The translations under genes and the position numbers were made by a program. DNA of 64,000 nucleotides from Trichoplax adhaerens. Its lineage: Eukaryota; Animalia; Placozoa. The stretch spans positions 6,773,648 to 6,837,647 of the forward strand of contig NW_002060947.1 in assembly GCF_000150275.1 (NCBI RefSeq). The letters run 5' to 3'. The notes below the pieces were generated by a model. It was not told the DNA's origin, did not search any database, and saw nothing but the letters and a program-made list of their open reading frames with translations. How positions within the stretch are numbered: position 1 is the stretch's first letter; each line of letters opens with the position of its first letter. Positions 13,082 to 25,000 of the stretch are shown here, piece by piece.

Positions 13082-16000
13082 ATGAGGAAAGGATCCAAAA
13101 TACAGACATTCGATCATAACAATAAAGACGAACCGAGTCGGCATGACATTGTCCGATCTAGTAGCAGTTGGTGGAAATTTCCAAGTTGGGAATCAAAGAA
13201 AAATCTGACTCGTTCTTCAACTATCGAAAATGGCATTAATGTTAATTTTATTAACGTGAGAGAACAGCAGAAAAAGTCAAAAGCGACAACTGATTGTGCA
13301 GTGGATAGCTCATTAGTAAGCCTTAGTTCTGCTGCGGCGAACACTAAAGCACATGATTTGTATAAGGTAAGAAATAAAAGTTCGTTCACTGGGACTTATT
13401 TATCGATTTTTATCTTACCGACGAGAATAGGTGAAGTGCTAATATTAATAAATTATAGATAGTAACGAATTTACTTCGTTGTTACAAGTGATAATCTGCT
13501 TTCATGAACGACTAGTTGCAATTGACTTGCGAAGTGTTTAAATTCATAATTATATTTTAATTTTAATCAATCCCAGGTAATAATTATCGACTAAGGAGGC
13601 ATGTTTAGATACTAAATTTAGATCTCCTTTTTTATTTTTTTCTACTAAGATGTCTTTGAGTTTATGAGAGGTAATAAAGAGCTATAGGTTTCTTTTCTGG
13701 GATGTATTAAAATGAATGCAACAAATAATGAATTCGACGTAACTATCTAACAATTTTAACCGAAACACTTTAACTTGTCCTACTCTTATCTCTTTCTATT
13801 TATTAAAATGCGCCAATATCTAGTCTGAAATAATCGAAGTGATATTTAAAACTATTTTACAGTATGTGTAATTATTTGTAGAATGAATGATATTAATATA
13901 TAACACTGGAATTGCCCGATTAAAACGTTTGCCATCAATTCTTATTCCCAAAATTATGAATTTAATCATTAATTTATAATGGTTTAATCAACTATAGTTT
14001 AGGCAAGGAAAAGCTAACTTCCTCTTGATGATGATTCTAATCCAGCAATTTTTTGACTGGAAAGATGAATTCGTCCATAAGTAAATAGTAGACTTTCAAC
14101 TAAATAGTAAGACTGATAATATTATATCGATAGCCACCATACGATTATATTTGCAGTTTATAAATAATACAAAAGTCCTTTTATAAACGAATGCACGTAG
14201 ATCGGCTGCTTTAGATCAGAGTTGAATTTTTCTCTTAACTGTATTTCATTCTACTTGGCATTTCTACTATGAGTACTATGCCTAATTAAACCATTGAGAT
14301 AATCAGATACCTTGTGCTTCCTGTTGCCTTTACAAATTTCGAAATAGTTGCTATAATCGTAGTTAATATTGACATACAGTATACAGTATATGATCTTGTA
14401 GGAAGATGTGCAAACAAAGAAATACATAATGATTGTATTGGAAATCCAAATTCTTTCCATATCATGCAAGAAACAGCAATCGTTAAGACTTATACGATGT
14501 TGTCTGCATTTATACGTTCGTTATTATTAGGAACATTTATAGTAGTATCGATAAATCGGTTTTACATATGGCCTTTGATATTATTCATGGACTAGACTTG
14601 ATAAAATGATTCAGCATCTATTTTCATACAGTATGAGAAAAATTATTTAAAGAAAGATTTATCCACACTAGTTAAGAAAATTTTTGACTTTAAAATTGAT
14701 AATAATTAATCAGCAAGGTAATCCAGCGGTATTATTAACAATACGGCAAGATCAGCAAAGTAGGAAAATATTTGTTTACTGTATTCGCATATAGCATACC
14801 AGGCTAATTTACCAGATGAGATTTAAAATTTTATGTGTGATGAAATTAAACATGATAACAATAGGCTAGGCAAAATTTGATCGTTATAGTCGGCAAGACC
14901 TTGTAAAGAAACATTCTCAAGAATGATATTTCCAACCCTCCTCAGAAACTGTAAGGAAATGTGCTTACACTTTACAGCTTAATTAAAATATTGCGATTAC
15001 TTTCTACAATTTTTATACACGAGCGCGAAAGATCAGCATTAAACGAAATATTTCCGACCGACATTTCATAAGGAAATGAATTATGAAATATCACAAAAAG
15101 AAATGATCTTAATAAACTGTAGTTAAATTTTCCTCATTCCGCTAACCCATCTCGTTTCTCTATTTTATAAAAACAGTTCTTAATAGCTATGGCTTAAAAT
15201 GTATAACAAAAATATATTTAAACGCTACAGTAAACCGCAATAAACCTTTCGCTAAATAATTATTGCGTCTATATAATTTCATATACAATTTTAAATTTAT
15301 TAAACGCTACGTAGACTGAAGATCTCATTTTGTTTTTACTGCCATGCCAGGTAGTACTTTCTATTAGTAGACATAATTATATCCCATTATTTTTATAGTT
15401 GTGGGAGGTGATAACTGTTAAGAGATAATAAGAGACCTTATTAAATGCTAATGTTATTAATTTTTGCAACAATGAATGCCTAAACTAATTACAATATCTT
15501 AGTAGATTTGTAGTATAACATTATAACAGTAGACTTAGCCGAAGTATCGCGATTAGCGTTCTTCCAATTAGTCAATGTTATAAATACTTGATATTTTCAA
15601 AATGAAGATGTTCGATTCCTAGTAATTAATTACGACTGGTAAAATACTGTTCTACACGTATATTCTAAGCTTCGATTATCAAACGAAATCAGTTAAAAAC
15701 CTTGAATCAAACTACCTTCATTATATGATGCTACTTGATCTAGCTGAGATAGGATGCATTTTAAAATTTGATTATATAATATGATTAAAGTTGCTTTGTT
15801 ACCTATACCAGCGAATTAGTAACTACTCCGCTCTAAATTTACTCCAGAACTATTACAACTATATCGTTTAAATATTATTAATGAACTTAACTAAAATTTG
15901 AATTCACTCAATATCGTGATGATCATGTTTTAATACTCAATTTCGACTTGATAGCTATAATTCACGTTTAAAATAATTGAGAAAACCTTTGCTCACTCCA

Positions 16001-19000
16001 ACTCAAACTATTTTATAGTAATTTATCTGTCTTTGCGCTAAACTAAAATACTAGTAATGCCTGAGTTTCAGCTACTTGACCAAATGAGAAATAGTAATTA
16101 CGTGATAGTCTTTTCTGAACAGAGAAGGGAGATTTGCAGGATAAATAATGTTTGATTTTCTGGATTGTTGGTTTAACAGGCTCCATATCTCTAAAATATA
16201 GAAATTATTGTTTAATTCTATTTGTGCTTATAACTAACTAAACAGTGACCTCTCCTTTATTTTGTATTCCACATTTTAACGCAGTTCAATTTTGTCTATT
16301 GATTCCAGATTCGTAATTGTAGCTAATAATTCTCCGAATTAAGCATCTCTTTATCTTTTTTATTTGCATAGCAGCTTTTCTCCTATCCGTAAATTTACCT
16401 CAAAGCGTGTCATCAAGAATAATTATATTGCTTCAGTCATCTAACATTCATAACTTTTCAGTAATTACATTTATTTTAAAACATCACTAGGAAAGATCTG
16501 TTCGTCTAGATAATAGGGATATATAAGTTAGCAAACCAAACCAGTATAGTTTACTATTCAATGTTTTAGTTATTGTAATTAGCTTATTTAGATTGCAATA
16601 GATTCGTGTTCCAAATTTTAATTTGTAATAAGAAATACGCTAAAACTATTACAAAAAACTACGCTATGAGACTACTGTCAGGTTTGTCCTCCATAATATT
16701 AACCTACAGTCGGATTCTAAATATTAACGATATCCCGTCGTCACATTAGATAGCTAAACTTAAAGACATTATGCTTAAGAGTAATTAATAATAATCTGAG
16801 TCACTGATATAGAAGAAGAGAATTTATGTTGTCATGTAATTAACTGATTGCTAACTTAACGTGCAATCTTCATAATGAAAGCACATATCTTTGGCATACG
16901 CTATTATTTGGAATCCAAATCAATTGGATATGATCAATTCCCATTTTTTAAGTTCTCATCATCAATGATATCTTTGTCGATTATAAATTAATTTCCACTG
17001 TAGAAGAGAGTTAAGAAAATTTTCCAAAGAAATTAAGTAGAATTAAAGCCATGTTGCCACGCTACATCTAATCCACATTAACAACTGATTTGATATAAGA
17101 TTATTACTATCATAGATTACAGAAGTTATACATTTGCCCTGCTAATGCAAACTACTATATTGCAATGACCAGGCTATCAAAACTGGCTCGTTGGAAGAAA
17201 TGCAAAATCTACTTACTCTCCACTATAATAATCGCAATAATCGCAATGAAATTAACTCAGCCGATAAAGAGAATTCATTTACTTTTATGCATTACGCTGC
17301 AAGATATAATCGATCCGATGCTATACGTTGCTTGATCGACGTTGGTGCAGGTAATTTTTCAGATTTTTAATCAATTTAATATCATTTCGTAAATATTTTT
17401 TTATTGTTTAGATGTTAACAGAAAGGGCGGCAAAGATTTCATTACTCCTCTCCATGTTGCTGCTCAGTTTAACTGTCCAAATGCAGCTCAAACTTTAATT
17501 CAGTTCGGTGCAACAATTTCTCAAAATTCTAAAACGAAAGAAAATCCTTTGCATTATTGCTGTAAATACGGAAATGAAAAAGTGGCTGAGGTATTTAAAT
17601 GTTATAATTATAACAGCTTCCCTTAATTGTAGTTTCTAGCACATATCTATATAAGGCTTTTTGCTTTGCATGTTTTCACGCTGCTTTTAATATTTGCTTT
17701 TGAAGAAATTTCTCGTTTCTTATCCTATTTTTAAACTTCCTAAAATCAATTTGCTTGAAATTTGAATCTAAACTAGGTCATTCTAAGAGAAGCTGAAAGG
17801 CTTAATATGACTGGAAAGATTGTTAATCAGCCTGATAGCGAATCTCACTGTCCTATTCATCTTGCAGCTTTGTATAATAATAAGAAAATGATTGCTATTT
17901 TGGTAAGCCTATAATATGATCAAGCAAATAATTTGTAGCTAAAGACAGATAAAGATAGTATCACATGAAAGTTAGTAGTCTTCTATAACCAATGCCTCTT
18001 TTTATTTGACATTCTATTCGTTATACAGCTAACGTATGCGGCAAGTATAGTTAGAAAGGATGTTAACGGTCAATTACCTTCTCATTTCGCGGCTGAACAT
18101 AAGGACACAGCTATTTTGGAGCACATACTCCAATACGGTAAGTTAAATTTATTCATACCTATTAGAAGAAATTATACTATCAGTTTAATGTTATTGATAG
18201 TATTAAATGCAAAGAATTTTCCAAACTATTCATTTATAGCCAAAATGAAAGGTCACAACGACTATGTGATAATATCTAATAATGAGGGAGGTACAGCTCT
18301 TCATATTGCCGCCGATGTTGGTTCTGTTGTAGTAAGTATATATGGTAATACCTTTGCCTGTTGTAATTTAATGCAATGTAGATGTACAGTTTAATCTAAA
18401 TAAAGCATTGCATTTTTAAAACGTCATGCATTTGATCGATTAGGCAGCAGAAGTTTGCTTCAAGTACGGTGCAGAGATCGAAGCTCAAAATGTAAATTGA
18501 ATTATAATTTTACGTAATTATTTATTTTAATTATGTAACTAGTTAAAAATTTGAACAATTATCTTAAATCAGATCTATTGGTAAAAGATAGTATTATACT
18601 GTATATTTGATTGGAGTATGGAATTTACTCATAAGATAAAAATTTCGACTACAATGATAACACATCAGATTTTTACTTGCTCGTTTATTCTACCAGCATG
18701 AACTATTAACACCTTTGCACATTGCGGCTGTAAATGGCAACTGCGAATTTGCCGAGTATCTCATCAGCAAAGGCGCCAAAGTTAACTCAAAAGACAATGA
18801 CGGAAGAACTTCCTTACATTACGCAGCTTTGAGCAATAATATTTCTTTAACCGAACTTTTAATCCACCAGGTACAGTCGTTAATGAAATTTCTTCAGTTA
18901 GTGTTAAATCGTTATACGATCGCCATTAATTCTAGTCCATTTTGACTCAATATTTAGGGAGCAGATATCGAAGCTCGCGATAACAGAGGCCAAACGCCAT

Positions 19001-22000
19001 TACTTTTAGCAGTTATCAATGGATATACACCTGTCATTAAGAAATTACTCGAATTAGGCGCCGATATTGCAACTACAGACTCTAATGGTCGACACTGTAT
19101 GCATTATTTAGCTGAGAAAAGTGATGTTAGCAACATATTAGCGGTCTTGAAAGTAAGCTAATGGCTGTATTGAATCCACTTGACTATAGAATTTAGTTGC
19201 AAATATTCTTTACGTTTATAATACTTCAAAACCATTATGGTTATAAATAGAATGGAGGGAAAGAATTGGTAAATCAGCCTGACAACGAAGGTATCATTCC
19301 ATCGCACATCGCAGCTATGAAAGGAACTATTACAGTAAGTTTTATGATAATCGAACTCGATATCCATTCCTATGTAATATATATGATCTAACCATTAAGA
19401 TATTAGTCATCATCGTAGCCACAATCCATACATTAGACATCATTTTTGTACGCTTGAATTCGTCTTCTTATATTAAACTAATACCTTGCAGACATTGTAT
19501 CAGTTATATGAAAATGGTACTTCTTTGGACACTGTAGACGAAGAAGGAAATACGCTTTTGCACATAGCAGCCAAAGGCAATCATCGCGATACTGTTAAAC
19601 TAATTTTACAAGCCACCAAAGCAAAAGATATTAATATTAGAAATGCATTTGGTCAAAAGCCTATCCATATTGCCGCTAAATATGGCCATAACCGTGTTGT
19701 TCATAATATGATTAGGAATGGTGCTGACATTAATAGCAAGTAAAAGTTTGTCAATTGAAATTATAGATTACCAGATTGATCTTAGCTAATGATTTTGACC
19801 GATAACACTTTTAGTAGATTTCAGATAACGAAGATTTTTGATAAATTGTTAGAGACATCTATTCCTATTATCCTTTGCACTATGCTGCTAAAGGTGGATT
19901 TACAGCAGCGGTCCAATTGTTGATCGATAAAAATGCTAAAGTTTGCGTGTTAGATCGCTTTAATGTAAGTACTCTTAGCACATTCCCAACATATTAGAAT
20001 AGTTTCAATAGACTGTTAAGGAGCAAAGCACCGTACTCGCTAATTAAATAGATTTTGTTAGTATTTAGCTAATGGATCATATCGGTAAGTAATAATTGAA
20101 ATTAAGAATATTAATAATGTCTAGATTGCCAGACAACAAAAGGCATAATTGTATTTTGCAATTAATTAGTAGAGCCTATATAGATATTAATAATGGCGAC
20201 ACGTTAGCACCCGCTACGAACGCGTGATTATCGTGCAGAGCCTCAAGGGTCTAACTTGATATTTATTAGTTATTGCTAATTAAAGTTGTTTACGTGCTTG
20301 TATCTATAGTAAACTATATAGTTTATTAAGGCTTGTCCTCTTATACAAATAATGTAAATCTTATATTGTCAAGTTACTATGTGTGCACCATAAATTTAGT
20401 GGAATGGTATAAAAGGACGAGCGAATGCTCAGTTCCTGAGTTCTTTATCAGTTCGTGTACGAGAAGGCACTCGGCTTCTCTACTAATAAAAGCTATACTA
20501 ATCTTTTAGAACAGTCTTATCCCTGTGACCGAAAGTAGTAAAGAACTACCATACAGTAGATCTCCAGGTGTAGTGGAGCAAAGCATAAGTAATCTATTAG
20601 TTTAGTGTAGTAGTTCGCAACATAAGTTTGTGACATAGACATTTAATTTAAATCTTTCTATGTTTTAGTTATGTATAGAATAAGATCATTCTTTCATATT
20701 AATTTTCTGCTACGTTATAAGAGATATCTTACTGTCACGAAGTGATTTTTAATAACTAATAGTGATCTTATTTTCATCAGATAACGTACTTGGTATTTGT
20801 TGAAAAAAACTTTATCAATGTCTTTATTCCTACTTATATAGATAGATAACTGCATAGTCTTACAATATTGTGTACGTAACGAAAATAATGTTTATGCAAA
20901 GTGATTATAAAACTGACTACTTTTTCAATAAGGTTTAGGTTTAGTTTGTCTAAGAAGTGACTTCTAGTGTTTCCGTTGCTCCTGATTAAAAGAGATCGTC
21001 AATATTAGAGTCGTACTGTGGGAAGATGTCTGAGAGGACAAATCTGACAGCAGACTCAGTCTTTAGTTTCTGTATAATAGCTATACTTATTTCCTTGTTA
21101 CTAATTTCGATATATAGCAAATACATTTTATTGTAGAAATACAATATGAGCATATGCATATGACAACGCAAATGAAGATATTTACATTAGCCGAATTGCT
21201 AAACTTGCGTGTATGAGAATCTAGAGAATTTCTTTTACAACTATGAAAATGATCTAAAATTGAACTTGTCTTTACAGCATATTTTCTGACCCTTTTAAAT
21301 TTATATATGCCGTTTAAAATAACTGAAACTCCAAATATAATTATTTTTTAATCTGAAAGAATACTCCCCTGCACTTAGCATCAGCTAATGGGCATCAAGA
21401 AGTAGTCAAAATATTGTTAGCAAATGGCGCCAAGCCAACAGCGATCAATAGTCAGGGTCTAAATTGTTTAGATTTAGCAATCGAAAATGATCGAACCGAA
21501 ATTGGATTACAAATTATCCGCAGTAAATTGTAAGTTTCTAAATTTGCGGTTATTCTTTCACCAACAATTTTCCTTCTTGGCCCCATCGTTTTCTGAATTT
21601 ACTATAGCTGGTGTAGTCAGAATATAGTTATCGAAATATTTATCCCAAAATCTTAATTAATTGCACTTGTAGTTGGGAAAAAGCTCTAGAAAATAGAGAA
21701 TTTGATGGACACACGCCAATGAAGAGACTTATTGAGAAACTCCCTATTGTTGCCAGTGTAAGTATAAATTGCGACAGGTTCATTTAATACTGTACATACA
21801 CATGTGAAGTAATAGAAGCAGAACAATTTCTGGTGAAGTACATCGATTCCATACGAAATAATATCGGCAAAAGCATAACAGATATTTATTAAATTTTATT
21901 AGCAGTACTATTGTATTATAAATTCTCTCTATGCACTTGTACTTTAAACATAACGATGAGATATGTACTGATTACATCACAATCTAGAATCTAAAGATAT

Positions 22001-25000
22001 TTTGTGATAGTACTGATATTTATAGTTCCTAAATATAACTTACATTCTAAGTCATAGTACTGTCTAGTCTATTGCATTATAGATTCTGTTGTATATACTT
22101 GCACTTCAATAAATAGAAAATAATAGATAGCTTAAACGTTTAGATATGTTCGAATCCATCATAATACAAAATCCGTGGATATTTAGTGATAAAAGATTGT
22201 AGTTCTTAACAAAATAGTGTTCTAAATCGCAATACTGTCTAACCTATTGCAGGCTGTAATGGACCGATGCATAACGTATACGGGTGACATTGGAGATTAT
22301 AACGAAGCACAGGTTGGTTAATTTCGTTTAAAGAGCGGCAATCTTAAATATTATATTAATACAAAATCCTAGATAACTAAATTTAGAAAGCTATGGATAA
22401 ATTTTTATAGAGTAATACTCTCACAATGTGCAGTAAAGTGTATTCTAAAAGTTATATTCGCCATAGACCTGAATTTAATCACCAGAGATTTGATAAATGA
22501 TCTCACTCATTTTATCCAATCTGTCTTCAGATTGTTTTCAACTTTAGTTATTTAGAAACCCCACCATGCCAAATTAGATATAAAGATCCTGGGAATGATT
22601 TTTTGGCAGCTTCGGTATGAATATTTAATAAGCAGTTATGGGATACTTAATTACTAGAGCAACGTGTAATTTGTACGTTTAATTGCTATATGGATAGTCT
22701 AATTTTATAAATACTGTATTCTTAATATCCTTCTTTGCAGAGCATTCTCTCCTATAATAGAATAAAATTAATGAAACACCCGCTCATTTGGGCTTATCGA
22801 TATCATAAATGGTATTAGCGATGGGGTTAAATCTATCGATATGGCCCTTTCTAGAATTATCTTCAGGATCTCATCAGCATAAGTTTTCTTTTATTATATT
22901 TCTGACTATCTGATAATCCATTAATTTAGGAGATCAATACTGCGATATTTCTATTACGGAGGATGTTTTATCAATCTTGTATTGCTGTTGACTATTTGCA
23001 TACCTGTTGGCTTAAATATAAGTGATTATTACGAGGCTCTACGTAATCAAACTGGAAATAGCGCTGCCCGAACGGTAGCAGTAACACAAGTATAATATTC
23101 GATAGTTAACTAATTTTCGTCAATATTTTTTTTTAGCTCTAATCGTAATAGATGTCGCTAATAAGATCATGTTAATAATTACAAATCCTTATATTTACAA
23201 TTTGGTTTATATCCGTACATATTGGATAAAAATGTTATTCGACGATAACCAGTATTCGGAAGCAGTTTATACAAGAAACATTATCACCTTTTCTGCTGTG
23301 ATATTTAATACCTTCATCAATTTAATCAAATTACTCCTCAAGGTTAGTGTATAAATATATATTTGATATACCTATCATATGCGATAGCATTTCATTACAA
23401 TTTGACCTTAATAGATATTTGAATTACTTCAAATATTGCTATGCGTAATATAATTTACTATGATAATAATACAAATGACAATTCTAATCTCATATTCTTT
23501 ATTTTAGCCGAGAAAAGTTATTGCGCAAATTACAACTTTTATATTAGAAAATGGAATCGAATTAATAGCCCTATTCTATTGCATTCCATTTCAACGACCA
23601 ACAACAAATTTTAAAGTGCAGTTAGGAGCACTGATCGTGTTCCTTTCTATTATAAACTTTCTGGCACGGTTGAAAAGGTAAGATATAGTAGAGAATTCTA
23701 CTTAAGTTAGGACATTTTTAATCTTCATCATCGATTAATTTATAAGTTTATAAAGAATTGGGGAATTTAAAGACTTGCGATTACAAAAATTTCAAATTTA
23801 AAGTCATTACTAAACATGAAAAGTTATGATTTCTTATTATATTACCTTCTATTAATTGATTTACTGTGATATGAATGTACCTTTGTCACAATTCTCTCTT
23901 GTGACAAAGGAAACGTAAATTAGCGAAGTAAAGAATCTCTTGTGTAACTATAATAACTTGGGTTACTTCTCCCAGTAACTCCACTTTCTATGTTAGTGAT
24001 ATGCGAGAACTCAATTTCTTGGTTGAACTCTACAGACAAGTGAAGATATTACACTATTCTTCACGATACGAGTCGTGTACCATTCTTGAGCAAATACTGA
24101 TTCATTCTACAAACACACGCGCTTAAATAGATCTCTACCATGAATTCCAGTGTTAACCAGTGAGAATTAAGTTAGCGTTATCACTATAATACATTACTAA
24201 ATATGTACATAGATTTTCTCATCCTTAGATACCTACAAGCTATCATATACGACTTATAGCCTTATTTGACCATTCATTAATTAACAGCTACTTATTTGGT
24301 AACCGTGCACCGTGACACACACATGACATGTAGTCTTATTTAACTATTCATTTACAGTTACTTATTTCCTGACAACCTTCCCAATTTGCTAACGCATACG
24401 CTAGGTCCCAGTTGTTCAGGTTATATAAACTGATGATGAGAGAACTTTTAAGGATGACACCCACAGGAACAACATCTTTGCGAAACACTGTTACCAACGC
24501 ACAATATTGGAATTGCATTTTATTCTTGAATTATGAAATATATTATTGCCCATTTTCCATAGCAATTTACTCTGATTTTTATTAGAAATTTAATTGAAAC
24601 GCTATTTTATGAGAGAGACAATCTTCGTAAAATTGAGTAGCTTAATAATTTCACTTAATTTAGAACTATTAAGACCTGAGCTTTTACGGAAAAATTAAAT
24701 TCGTATGATATTCAGTAGAATTTTTATCCATGTTTAAGTATAGTGAAGCTGATACAGATAAATTGAAATCGATTATCCCACTAACTAGTGCGGTGTCTAC
24801 CTAACGCCGAATTTACCATACCTAATGAACGCTAGTGTACGATATATTAGTACATTACTCGGCTGATTATAATTAGCAACTTCAACTAGTTGTGTTGGAA
24901 TTCTTAGATGAGTCTTTAAGTTAATAATATGATATATGCTGACGTTAATCCACTGTGCTTATAAAATTATTAGTTTTAGTTGCTAATTTCAGTCATTCAA

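Noticed and set aside
13114-13389. 91-aa antisense ORF over exon 1 of copy 2
   Set aside because: Shadow of the sense exon; no equivalent ORF is listed for the other three exon-1 copies.
14314-14595. 93-aa + strand ORF in intron 1 as a nested gene
   Set aside because: No ATG start, not open in the copy 4 homolog, and the recognisable motifs are on the minus strand.
23151-23252. Longer exon 19 suggested by ORFs 23169, 36921 and 53549
   Set aside because: Copy 1 has a stop in that frame and the phase does not fit. The acceptor shared by all copies is CAG|TATTCG.
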